DNA of 47,972 nt, filler included, from an uncultured bacterium (GCA_964429075.1; 18 parts of 18 records of this genome joined end to end with filler, not necessarily neighbours in it); one strand, 5' to 3'; counted from the whole stretch's first letter, positions 30,861 to 41,543 are shown. The notes: generated from the sequence alone by a model not told the origin. Translations and numbers: made by a program.

Positions 30861-32178
30861 CCTCTCACAAGTTTTATAAGATCAAATAGACCGGGATTTA
30901 TTTTATCGAGGATCATTACAGGATATATACCAACAGCAAGACAAATTGCACCTAAGGGATAAAGCATAATCTTTTCTCTCAGGTCGAGATCGGGCAGGTT
31001 TTTGTATTTTTCGTTGAGTTTACCAAGAAAGACACGCTGGATAGTCCAGAGTAGATAGGCTGCTGTCAAAATAATACCTGTTGCTGAGATGATTGTGACT
31101 ATTGTATAGACGGGAAATGCACCTATGAAAACGAGGGCCTCACTTATAAAACCGTTAAGCCCGGGCAAACCCATTGCAGCAAAGAAAGCAAGTCCTGTAA
31201 TGGCTGCATAGACTGGCATCTGCTTTGCAAGGCCACCAAAACCATAAAGGTTTCTATGATGCGCCCTATCGTATATAACCCCTACTGTCAAAAATAGCAT
31301 TGATGTTACCACTCCGTGATTGAACATCTGCAAAACCGATCCGCTTATTCCCTGATCTGTAAAGGCAGCCATTCCAAGAAGACAGTATCCCATATGACTT
31401 ATACTAGAATAGGCAATGAGCTTTTTGAAATCTGTCTGATAGAGACAACATAAGGCACCATATACAATGTTTATCATGCCAAAAATTGCAACAACAAAAG
31501 CAGCCCACTGTGTCGCTTCTGGAAGAATTGGATAGTTGACCCTTAGAATGCCATAGGTCCCCATCTTCAAGAGCACACCTGCAAGGATTACCGAAATTGG
31601 TGTTGGTGCTTCCACATGGGCATCGGGCAACCATGTATGGAAGGGGAACATAGGTATTTTTATGGCAAAACCGATAAAAAGTGCCACCCATATGAGTTTG
31701 TTAAAGGGAATGCCCAAAAGTGGTGCTATATGGCTAAAGGAATTCTCATGAGCAAGCTTTATCATGTTAAATGTGTGTGCTGCATGACTACCATCTGCAA
31801 GGGTAGTGGGTGATGAGGTGAAATAGAGGGCAATCATTGAAAGTAACATTAGCGCACTTCCCAGAAGGGTGTATAAAAAGAACTTGATTGCTGCATATTC
31901 ACGTCTTGGCCCACCCCAGATACCAATAAGAAAATACATCGGAATTAACATGAGTTCCCAGAATACATAGAACAAAAAGAAATCAAGTGCCATAAATACA
32001 CCATACATGGAGGTCTCAAGTATGAGAAACAGTGAGAAGTACCCCTTTACACTCTTATCTATTGTCCATGACGATATACATGCTACCAGCGAGACTATCC
32101 CTGTAAGAAATACCATTAAAACACTAAGATGATCGATACCAAGGTAGTATTCAATATTGAAAGTCCTAATCCATACAT
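30857..32178 (-). CDS. nuoM: NADH-quinone oxidoreductase subunit M (copy 1), 5'-truncated
   Basis: FYVFWELMLIPMYFLIG, HTWLPDAHVEAP, LKMGTYG and GLPGLNGF motifs. Confidence 0.95.
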
Positions 32179-32278
32179 NNNNNNNNNNNNNNNNNNNNNN
32201 NNNNNNNNNNNNNNNNNNNNNNTTAATTAATTAANNNNNNNNNNNNNNNNNNNNNNNNNNNNNNNNNNNNNNNNNNNN

Positions 32279-34044
32279 AATTTTTTTGGTGTCAAAAATG
32301 AACCACCCTTTACAACCTTAAGATTACCATAACCATGTGGTGATGTTGATGTCCATTCCATAAGATTTCCCACAAGATCCCTTATCCCAGAATCGGTGAT
32401 ACACTCTTTTGCAGTACCTGAAGGTCTCAAATCATTAGATGCAATATTGCAGACATCCTGATATTTTTCTCTATTCTGACTGAGTATGCAGGCAACCTCC
32501 CACTCATCTTCATTGCACAGTCTTTTACCCTGATTTTTACATAATCTTTCTGCCTCCTGATAGGTCATGCTACCCTTTGGTTTTATACCATCCCTATTGG
32601 GGTATTCATAGATATCCATGCAGAACGATTTCACTTTTACCATCTCTGCCCTTCTGTCTGTAAAAAGGCTCTCATAATCATTCGGAGTGCCTACTCTATA
32701 TGTGCCACCTTGTACAAGTGCCATGTTCCATGGACATCCTTTGGGATTGCCAAAAAGGTTTTGACCGTAGGTATTATAGACAAATAGTATTCCAACAATG
32801 ATGAATATTAGCAAAAGTACTATAAAAAACAGGATGTTTTTATGTGTACCTTTTGTCTCTATATTTTCATTCATATCTCCCTCCCTGATTACATCGGGCT
32901 TGATTTCCCTTGTGACCTCTACCTCACTGGCAGGATCATCACTGCCATATAGAACTACCGGTGGTGGGGTGTCAACGATTTGAGATTCTTGTTGCACTAC
33001 CGGTGGCTTTTCTTCATGTACCTTAATTGGTGTTTCAAGAACATGTTCAGAAAGAGAGGGTGCATCTTCTTTTCTACAGTCCAGAATGTTTTTGTAAAAT
33101 AGTCTTCCATTTTCTACAATCTCAAAAAGATCGACTGCCAGATGATTCAAAGATGGATAACGATCTTTGACATCTGCCGATAGACTCCTTCTTAAAACTA
33201 CATCCAGCGCTTGAGGCAGTTGTGGATATAGTTTTATAAGACTCCTGAAACCACCTTCTGGTAAAGAGCCTGTTATTAATTCCCAGATAAGTATTCCTGC
33301 TGAATAGACATCGGATTCACGACAGCCTCTTTTGGATTTTGAAAATATCTCTGGTGCGATGTAGACAGATTTTTTGTTGTCAAGCCTTTGAATCTTTATG
33401 AATATATCCTCTGGAATTATGGAATATGTAAAAATATCATTAACAAAGGTGGAATTTGGTAGGAGGATTACATTTCCAGGATGGAGATCACAGTGAATAT
33501 TATTGTTTAATGATTTTGCAATATCAATTATGATGGCAAGGACCTCCTTAAGATCAAAGGATCTTTGTGCCTTTTGCCTTACATCGAGCATATTTCGTAG
33601 TGATATACCTTCAGAATCAGTAAGAGCAACATAGCAGAAGTCCTGATATATCCCAAATGAGATTATCTTTTGCGGTATTGGCCACGATTCAGATTCTTTT
33701 AAATATTTCTCCATTGTATGGAGAAAGTTGTTGCGTTCCTTTTGAGTCTGGATAAGCCTTGCTTTGTATAACTTGAGTAGGACTTTTTGATTTGAAGAAT
33801 GATCAAAGGCCCTGTATATAAATGATAGGTCGCCTGCTGAAAAGGGTTCTATAATCTCGAATCTTTTATCTATATTGGTCTGTGGTAAAAGTGGATAGTC
33901 TCTTTTTATCTCTTTTGATCCAAGCTCTGTGATAAGTACCGGACGCTCAGTTCCATCTGTTATGTCTTCCCTAAGTGGATTACCACAGTTTGAACATTTT
34001 GTGGCAGATTCAGGATTGTATACGCCACATCTGTAACATAGCAA
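32279..34044 (-). CDS. Zinc ribbon + Ser/Thr kinase-like domain + TM + FGE-sulfatase (SUMF1) domain protein, 3'-truncated
   Basis: CYRC...CSNC, kinase remnants (YIAPE, SDVYS.G), a TM helix, then CPWNM, FCMDIYEY, GKRLC.EDEWE and DLVGNLMEW. Confidence 0.85.
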
Positions 34045-34047
34045 ACG

Positions 34048-34835
34048 CTACCCTCCATCAACTAACTCAAGGCGGATCTTCCCCCGTGAATCAATACTCA
34101 CAATGCGTACCATCAATTTTTGACCTTCGTGTAGGTAATCTTTTATATTTTTAACATATCCCTTACCAAGTGCTGATACGTGTAAGAGTCCTTCAACCCC
34201 TGGCATTACCTCCACAAAGGCCCCAAAGGGGGCAAGACTTTTTATAATGCCTGAATAGGTCTTCCCGATTTCTGGCTCTCCAACAAGCTCTTCGATCATT
34301 TGAAGTGCAGCTTCAAGGTTATCCTTATTTTTGCAGGCTACATGAACAACACCGTTATCATCGATATCTATTGTGGAGTCGGTCTTTTCGATTATCTGTT
34401 TAATGTGTTTGCCACCTGGACCTATCAGATCCTTTATACGTTCTGGTCTGATTGTAATAGTAACCATTTTGGGAGCATATTCTGAAATATTGGGCCGTGG
34501 CTGGTCTATACATTGATCCATTTTATCGAGTATATAGAGGATTGCCTTTCTTGCCCTCAAAAATACCTCCTTTAGCAGCTCTTTTTCAAGTCCAGGGATT
34601 TTTACGTCCATCTGAACGGCAGTAATCCCTGTTCTTGTCCCAGCAATCTTAAAATCCATATCACCACAATGGTCTTCATCACCCAATATATCTGTCAAAA
34701 TGATGGTTTCATTGTTTGATTTAATTAGCCCCATTGCTATACCTGCAACAGCAGACTTAATCGGTACTCCGGCATCCATTAATGAAAGACTTGATCCACA
34801 TACTGTTGCCATAGAGGATGATCCGTTTGATTCGA
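34048..34835 (-). CDS. pnp: Polyribonucleotide nucleotidyltransferase, 5'-truncated
   Basis: SNGSSSMATVC, GDMDFK.AGT, KH motif IGPGGK and an S1 domain. Confidence 0.97.
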
Positions 34836-35025
34836 NNNNNNNNNNNNNNNNNNNNNNNNNNNNNNNNNNNNNNNNNNNNTTAATTAATTAANNNNNNNNN
34901 NNNNNNNNNNNNNNNNNNNNNNNNNNNNNNNNNNNAATTTAACCAGAAGCTTAAAGAATCAAAGAGCACCTCCCTCTCAATATATTTAGCTCACTTTATT
35001 TTAGTTCTGAAACAATTGAATATCC

Positions 35026-35045
35026 TTGACCTGTTAGTCGGTCAA
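35026..35045. promoter_or_regulatory. Inverted repeat, candidate repressor operator
   Basis: TTGACC-N8-GGTCAA, 7 nt upstream of the AAGGAGGT Shine-Dalgarno (35053-35060) of the metal-uptake operon. Confidence 0.5.
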
Positions 35046-35058
35046 CATATTTAAGGAG

Positions 35059-36066
35059 GTGTTCTTGAAGAACAATGATTACTTTTATGCTTTTAAATAT
35101 TTCTACCTCTTTTTTCTGTTATGTTTTTTGTCTTTTGATACATATGCAAAAAGTGCCTTTAACCCAGATATAAGTGTTATAGGTAACCTCACTGACAGAA
35201 TCCTATTTTCAGAACCTATAAAAAACGACTTTTCGTTAAATGAGATTGAGATTGGACTCCAGAGTCCTGTTGATCCATTTGCAAGGGCAGATGTGTTTTT
35301 ATCGATACCAAAAGAGGGTGATCTTGATGTTGAAGAGGCATACTTTACACTACTTACACTACCTTATGATCTCCAGCTTATACTGGGTAGAAAACGTGTT
35401 GATGTCCTTCGGACAAATATCACACATGAGCCAGAACTACCTTATATGGATTATCCCTATGTCTTAAAATATTTTTTTGGAGATGAAGGAATATCCGGTG
35501 ATGGTTTTCAGCTCAACTGGATAGTACCAATTCCATGGGATATATACTGGCAACTCTATCTGGAACTCTTTGACGCCAATACAGCTGGTGGCATTCTAAA
35601 TGGGAAAAGAGGTATTTTGTTTAAGAGTAATACCTTTTTTGAGGTTGGAGAAGATGGTGGAATAGAACTCTATATTTCTGGTATGCATCTTTGGACCGAC
35701 AGCTTTTCAGAAAATCTAAATGATAGCTTTTCTGTCACCCTGAGGTATAAAGATATACCTGATCTATATCATTCTGAGATTGCTGTAGCTGAGATAGTCG
35801 TTCATCCATTTTATGGAAAGGAGATTGGTGGTTACCTCTTTTTACAACATCAGCTTGATAGATATAACTTTATTGGTGCAAAATTAGAATTCATAGATAC
35901 AAATAAAAAGGTTGAGAACCTTCAGTCTTTACAATTTACTCACTATTTTACTGAATTTAACAGATTAATCTTAACTCTTAGGAGGCAGGACAATGAAGAT
36001 AAAAACTTTGGTATACTCCTTAGCTGGACGTTTACAGTTGGACCACATCGTCCACACATGTATTAA
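35059..36066 (+). CDS. Outer-membrane beta-barrel associated with metal ABC uptake loci
   Basis: Signal peptide, FNPDISV, VDPF.RAD, EEAYF and His-containing C-terminus GPHRPHMY. Start may be the TTG at 35065. Confidence 0.75.
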   Translation: MFLKNNDYFYAFKYFYLFFLLCFLSFDTYAKSAFNPDISVIGNLTDRILFSEPIKNDFSLNEIEIGLQSPVDPFARADVFLSIPKEGDLDVEEAYFTLLTLPYDLQLILGRKRVDVLRTNITHEPELPYMDYPYVLKYFFGDEGISGDGFQLNWIVPIPWDIYWQLYLELFDANTAGGILNGKRGILFKSNTFFEVGEDGGIELYISGMHLWTDSFSENLNDSFSVTLRYKDIPDLYHSEIAVAEIVVHPFYGKEIGGYLFLQHQLDRYNFIGAKLEFIDTNKKVENLQSLQFTHYFTEFNRLILTLRRQDNEDKNFGILLSWTFTVGPHRPHMY

Positions 36067-36970
36067 AAGGGTCTTTTTAGGCGTTTTTTTCTGCGGATTA
36101 TTTTCGAATCTATCCTTTTCAAAACCATTGGTTGTTACAACAACACCAACAATAAGTTGGTTCGTTAAAGAGATAGCAGGCAATCAGGTAAAGGTGATAA
36201 GTCTTTGTAAACCAATGCAGGATCCTCACTATTTACAGGCCAAGCCATCCTATATACTAAAACTGAAACGTGCTGATATGCTTTTTCTGATAGGTCTTGA
36301 TCTTGAGGTGGCATGGTTACCCCTTCTTCTCGATTCATCAAGAAATCCAAAGATTATGAAAGGAGCTTCAGGTTACATAGATGTATCAAGATTTGTAGAG
36401 GTGATTGATAAACCCAAGACTAAAATTGATAGGAGTATGGGCGACATCCATCCATACGGCAATCCACATTTCTGGTTAAATCCTGACAATGCTCCAAAAA
36501 TAGCACAGGGTATTGCTGAGGCCTTAAAAACACTAAACGTAAATAAGGAGAAAATAGATGAGAATCTGAAAAAACTCCTTGATAGGCTTAACAACTTCTT
36601 AATAAACAGAAAAAAGGAATACTCTTTTTTACAGGGTAAGGCTATTGTAGCATATCACACAAGTTTTAACTATCTTGCAAGATGGCTTGGTATGCGTATA
36701 GTAGGTTATATTGAGTCAAAACCGGGGATTCCACCTACAATTTCTCATATTATGAACCTTGTAAGGACAATGAAAAAAGAGGATGTAAAGGCCATTTTGA
36801 TAGAAAGGTTTTATGATACGAAATCTGCTGAAAAGGTATCATCAATGACAGGTGCAAAGATTGTTTCTGTATTGACTGAGGTAACGGATAGGTATGATGT
36901 AGGAGACTATTTCAAATTGATTGATGCCATCCTGTCGAAGATCAAAAAGGCCTATCAATCAACCGATTAG
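35993..36970 (+). CDS. Metal (Zn/Mn) ABC transporter substrate-binding protein
   Basis: QDPHY, GDIHPYGNPHFWL, YH and IE.KPGIPP motifs. True start may be the TTG at 36038. Confidence 0.92.
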   Translation: MKIKTLVYSLAGRLQLDHIVHTCIKRVFLGVFFCGLFSNLSFSKPLVVTTTPTISWFVKEIAGNQVKVISLCKPMQDPHYLQAKPSYILKLKRADMLFLIGLDLEVAWLPLLLDSSRNPKIMKGASGYIDVSRFVEVIDKPKTKIDRSMGDIHPYGNPHFWLNPDNAPKIAQGIAEALKTLNVNKEKIDENLKKLLDRLNNFLINRKKEYSFLQGKAIVAYHTSFNYLARWLGMRIVGYIESKPGIPPTISHIMNLVRTMKKEDVKAILIERFYDTKSAEKVSSMTGAKIVSVLTEVTDRYDVGDYFKLIDAILSKIKKAYQSTD

Positions 36971-36981
36971 AGGAGGCAGAA

Positions 36982-37474
36982 ATGGAAATATTGGAGATAT
37001 TAAAATATCCCTTAATATCACTCTTTGCACTTGCCTTTAGCCTGAGTCTGTTCGGTCTGAAGATATTAGAAAAAGAGTTGATATTTGCTGATCTTTCCCT
37101 TGCACAGCTTGCAGCGTTTGGCGCAGCTTTTGCAACATGGATTCACTCCAAAAATGTATTTATATTTGCGCTAATGATGACACTTATGGGAGCACTTCTA
37201 TTTACCCTTTCAGAATTGAAAAACAAAAAGGTGCCGCAGGAGGCAATTATTGGTATTATATATGCCTTTTCTTCGGCCCTGACGATCATATTGATAGATA
37301 AGGGAGCTCATGGTCATGAAGAACTAAAATCGATGCTCGTTGGTAGTATTCTATGGTCCCAACTTTCAGATGCGATAAAGATTGTTTTTGTTTCGGTGTG
37401 TGCCATTGTCTTTTATCTATCTTTTATAAGACTTATGAAAAAGGACTGGCAAAAAATCTTTCTGTTCTATATTC
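36982..37474 (+). CDS. Metal ABC transporter permease, 3'-truncated
   Basis: IFADLSLAQLAA.G, EAIIGIIY and LVGSILW motifs; AGGAGG RBS. Confidence 0.88.
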
Positions 37475-37689
37475 NNNNNNNNNNNNNNNNNNNNNNNNNN
37501 NNNNNNNNNNNNNNNNNNTTAATTAATTAANNNNNNNNNNNNNNNNNNNNNNNNNNNNNNNNNNNNNNNNNNNNAGATTGAGGATAGAGACCATATTGAT
37601 CTTCCAAGGGTATTGGTAAGTCCAAAAAGAAAAAATCTTTCGTTGATACGAAGGATTATAGATCGTTTAAATATGAGTTATTAGATAGT

Positions 37690-40005
37690 CTATTTATTAT
37701 TAATAAACTCTATAAGGATCTTTTTTAAGATCGCATCATGACTCTCCATTGTAGTGGCACGGCCCACCTTTTCCCTCAATCTTTCCCAGAGCTTGGTCCC
37801 ATATAGAGAGTGACAGGCCACACAGCTTCCTTCTCTGTCAACAACTTTGAGCATCTCTTGGGGTAGTGGACTATCCTCATTTAGGGGCATATTCTGTGTC
37901 TGCTGTCCATGTGCGTCGATAAGCTGGTCCGGTGTCCAGCTATAGTCTGTAATAGGGGTTATTTGCCATAGAGAGGTCTTTTTCTTAATTGTATCTCCAT
38001 TTACACCCCTTGAAAAATCAACAAACATGGGGGTTTGACCTTCCAAAGAGCGTGCCCATCTTGTGTTGGCTGTCCCATATCCCATTGATTTTGGATTTGT
38101 GTGACAATCTTCACAGCTCCTTGCAACAAGTGAAACTGTATGTGGGAAAAGCGGTGCAAGGGTGGGTGAATTGTGAGAAGTAGAAGTTTTGTAGGTTTCA
38201 TTTAATGCTATTACCTTTCCGTCGTTATCCAGCATGGTGAAAAAGACCTGACAACCAGGTACAGCAGGGGATACCCTGCCTTTATAATTTTTAACAAGGA
38301 TAGGAGACTCCCACCTTAAGAAACTTCTGTTTTCTATGGCCAGATCACCTTTGGTGNNNNNNNNNNGAATTATTTTTCTTTTGTCTGATGTTGTTTTTTT
38401 AGTACTTATCCAGTCTGTACCTCTTTTTCTCAGATCATACTCCATATGACAGCCATAACACTGTGGTGCCCAGGTTGAATGGCAGGCATAACACTCAAGT
38501 TTGTCAAGATGAGCAGATACCATCTTCATTGCCACAAGTCCTTGCTTGGTTTTAAAACTGTTATGTTCAGATATATCTTTTAATAGTGGTATTCTGTGTT
38601 TCTTGCCATCCATTATCCCTATCAGAAAGGCCTTGTTACCCTCCTTTATCCAGTTTGACTTTACATTACCTCTGCTTGTATACAGATATTCTATGCCATC
38701 CTTTTTATAGGTTCCCCTTTCTGTTTTCAATACCACCGGTGTATCATATCCAATTGGCAACTCCCATGGAAATTTATCAGTTGTCCCATGACAGTCCTGA
38801 CAGGTGATCTCTACCTGATAGAAGGTTACAGGATATATATTACCATCACCATGAAGATCTATTGAGGTGTGACAATCTGCACATGTCAGGCCACGTTCAA
38901 AGTGTACATCAGGTCTTATTGAGAGGTATTCTTTTGTAAATAGAGGCCTTTGTGGCCTACCTGCCTTATCAAAGGGTGGAGCCTTTTTGTCTTTAACATA
39001 GTCGTACTCAAATAGCCCCACAAAGGATGTCCCTATTCTCTTTCCTCTTGTGTGACAGTGTGTACAATGTGATGGTGGGATTTTTATTGTTATTTCGTGT
39101 CTGATCGGATGTGGTCTGTTTGTAAGTGCTTTCATTGTTTGGTCATTACCAAGGTAGATTCCATCATTGGTATATATCATATGACAGGCTGCACAGCCTG
39201 CTGCACAATGATCACCTCTTTTGTCCCTGCCCTTGCCCCAGACATGACAGCGTGCACACTGCTTTCGATGAAGGTCAGAGAGTGCAGCAGCTCTTCTGTC
39301 TTTAAATATCATAAGACCCTTATCATAATCGGGTATCTCCTTTACCTGCTTTAGATTCTTAATAAATCCCTTATGTATAGCCAGGGATATCCATTTTTTA
39401 TAGATTTCTGTACCTACCCTTGGTGTATCCCCATCTGGATCATCCATATCAAAGTCTGCATAGAGGAACATACCCTTTTTTAAAAATCCATTTGATGAGA
39501 GTATCTTATTGGCCTTACCTGTCTCGAGCCCCATGAGAGATCTTGACATCCTGTAGGTATAATCAAAGCCGGTAGATCCTGTAGGATCGAGATCTTCTAC
39601 CCTTACCTCCATAAGGGAACCACCGGCTGGCCTTTTGAGCCTTTTGCCAAGTATGGTCGTTATTGATCTTTCTGAATCATGACATTTTGCACAGCCCTTC
39701 CCCTTGTGTAATACCCACATACTAGAAGGATTTTTGATCAATCCTCTGTGAGCACTTTGTTTATCTGTTTCAAAAGGTCTGCCTTCGTGACAGATTGCAC
39801 ATTCAAAACCTTTTGATGCGCCATAGATATCATTTGCAATATCAAGGAGATAGGGCTGCATCTTCTGGTTGATGACCGCAATTCCCCTGTGGCATAAGAG
39901 ACAACCTTTTTTGTTTTTTGTCTTTGCAATAAGTGTACCAATATTTAACATAAAAAAAATGGTTGGAAAGATTATAATTCTATTTATCATCTTGTGAGCC
40001 TTCAT
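37690..40005 (-). CDS. Multiheme c-type cytochrome (12 CxxCH)
   Basis: N-terminal signal/anchor and 12 CxxCH motifs. There is an internal 10-N gap at 38357-38366. Confidence 0.9.
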   Translation of the reverse strand: MKAHKMINRIIIFPTIFFMLNIGTLIAKTKNKKGCLLCHRGIAVINQKMQPYLLDIANDIYGASKGFECAICHEGRPFETDKQSAHRGLIKNPSSMWVLHKGKGCAKCHDSERSITTILGKRLKRPAGGSLMEVRVEDLDPTGSTGFDYTYRMSRSLMGLETGKANKILSSNGFLKKGMFLYADFDMDDPDGDTPRVGTEIYKKWISLAIHKGFIKNLKQVKEIPDYDKGLMIFKDRRAAALSDLHRKQCARCHVWGKGRDKRGDHCAAGCAACHMIYTNDGIYLGNDQTMKALTNRPHPIRHEITIKIPPSHCTHCHTRGKRIGTSFVGLFEYDYVKDKKAPPFDKAGRPQRPLFTKEYLSIRPDVHFERGLTCADCHTSIDLHGDGNIYPVTFYQVEITCQDCHGTTDKFPWELPIGYDTPVVLKTERGTYKKDGIEYLYTSRGNVKSNWIKEGNKAFLIGIMDGKKHRIPLLKDISEHNSFKTKQGLVAMKMVSAHLDKLECYACHSTWAPQCYGCHMEYDLRKRGTDWISTKKTTSDKRKIIXXXXTKGDLAIENRSFLRWESPILVKNYKGRVSPAVPGCQVFFTMLDNDGKVIALNETYKTSTSHNSPTLAPLFPHTVSLVARSCEDCHTNPKSMGYGTANTRWARSLEGQTPMFVDFSRGVNGDTIKKKTSLWQITPITDYSWTPDQLIDAHGQQTQNMPLNEDSPLPQEMLKVVDREGSCVACHSLYGTKLWERLREKVGRATTMESHDAILKKILIEFINNK

Positions 40006-40386
40006 ACTACCACCAAAATAGTTAATAGTTAGTATTCCTTATTATACCTCTTATGGAATTTTGTTGCAAACATTAAAATCTAAAAAACAAAATAGGTTAC
40101 ACTTGAAAATATNNNNNNNNNNNNNNNNNNNNNNNNNNNNNNNNNNNNNNNNNNNNTTAATTAATTAANNNNNNNNNNNNNNNNNNNNNNNNNNNNNNNN
40201 NNNNNNNNNNNNGTTTTTTTAGTCATAAAAGTAATATCAGTGAGTTAAATCGTTTTAATTGCTCAGTTCTATATAAGATACATTGTATGATTGATGTATA
40301 TTAGAAAATTAATCTGAAATGCTTAAATATAAACCTAAAGTAAATTTATAAATCTTAAAAATCTTTTATTTAGTCTGTCTATTTTT

Positions 40387-40414
40387 TTGACACAGCAACA
40401 ACTTGAGGTAAAAT
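40387..40414 (+). promoter_or_regulatory. Sigma70-type promoter
   Basis: TTGACA-16 nt-TAAAAT with an AT-rich upstream region, 34 nt before the ATG at 40449. Confidence 0.65.
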
Positions 40415-40448
40415 TCTAATGCGAACAAAACGATTTTAAGAGGTAGGT

Positions 40449-40643
40449 ATGAACAATAAGACAGACAAAAGAAAGCAGAGTCTTTATTTTCCCGAGTCTA
40501 TGCTCGAAGAGATAAAACATGAGGCCTACAGGCTCGATAGATCACTTTCGTGGATTGTACAACAGGCATGGAAGATTGCCAGAAATAAACTAAAGGAGAT
40601 GCCATCGGTCAATGATTCGGCTGAGGATCCCGCCACTATATGA
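40449..40643 (+). CDS. TIGR04563-type myxobacterial small protein (ribbon-helix-helix-like)
   Basis: DKRKQSLYFP..ML.EI..EA.RLDRSLSWIVQ.AWKIAR signature, recognised from memory. GAGGT RBS. Confidence 0.88.
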   Translation: MNNKTDKRKQSLYFPESMLEEIKHEAYRLDRSLSWIVQQAWKIARNKLKEMPSVNDSAEDPATI

Positions 40644-40685
40644 TACACCCTCCTCGTGGTGGACGGGGGGCAGAGGGAAGGATTT

Positions 40686-41543
40686 TTAATGCCCCTCGTC
40701 TACTTTTTTATATAATTGTTTAGTAAATCTCTTTATCAGTCTTTCATAGTAAAAGCTTAAAAATCTGTTACCCCTCTTTTCTGCACCCTGTTTGAGTATT
40801 GTTGCCTTTTTGATCAACATAGATATTGCAGAATTTCTGAATTGGGGCGTGAGAGGTTCAGAATCTAATATCTTTAAAAGGGAATATACCCTGAATCTAT
40901 CCATTGCCTCATAGTTGAAAGATAATTGATCATCATGCCCCCCCCTTTTTATTACAAGCCTTTCTTTAATAAGGCCAACAGGATAACGGTGAGTAAGTCT
41001 CAACCACATATCATAATCCTCACAAACTGGCATCCTTACATCAAAATATCCATGTTTTTCAAACAGTTCTTTCTTTAACATCACACAGGAGGGTGAGATC
41101 ATACAACGCTCCAAGGATACAAGAAAGTTCCATCCATCTATCTTTTCATGGTACCTTTTTTTATTTAGAGGTCTTCCATTTTTGAGCCATCTTTCATCTG
41201 TCTGTGAGATTAATATATCTGGATGATTTTTGTGATATTCAAGCTGTTTCTCGAGTTTTTTCCTATCCCAGAGATCATCAGAATCTAATAGTGCAATCCA
41301 GTCGCCTTTTGCACCTTTGATTCCAATATTTCTGGCCTGAGATACACCCATATTTATCTCTGTAACTATCAATCTAACATCAGGATACCTTTTTGCTATT
41401 GCCTCAGGTGTGCCGTCAGTAGATCCATCATCAACCACAATAATTTCATAGGGCAAGCATGTCTGTTGAACAACAGATTCTATTGCCTCAAGCACCATCT
41501 TTTTTCTGTTATAGACCGGAATGATGACACTTACCTTCATCAT
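40686..41543 (-). CDS. Glycosyltransferase family 2
   Basis: VSVIIPVYN, VVDDGSTD, ARNIG, LDSDD and EDYDMWLR motifs. Confidence 0.93.
   Translation of the reverse strand: MMKVSVIIPVYNRKKMVLEAIESVVQQTCLPYEIIVVDDGSTDGTPEAIAKRYPDVRLIVTEINMGVSQARNIGIKGAKGDWIALLDSDDLWDRKKLEKQLEYHKNHPDILISQTDERWLKNGRPLNKKRYHEKIDGWNFLVSLERCMISPSCVMLKKELFEKHGYFDVRMPVCEDYDMWLRLTHRYPVGLIKERLVIKRGGHDDQLSFNYEAMDRFRVYSLLKILDSEPLTPQFRNSAISMLIKKATILKQGAEKRGNRFLSFYYERLIKRFTKQLYKKVDEGH

Noticed and set aside
34936..40112. Metal-uptake operon and multiheme cytochrome as one system
   Set aside because: They are on different contigs, separated by an artificial spacer.
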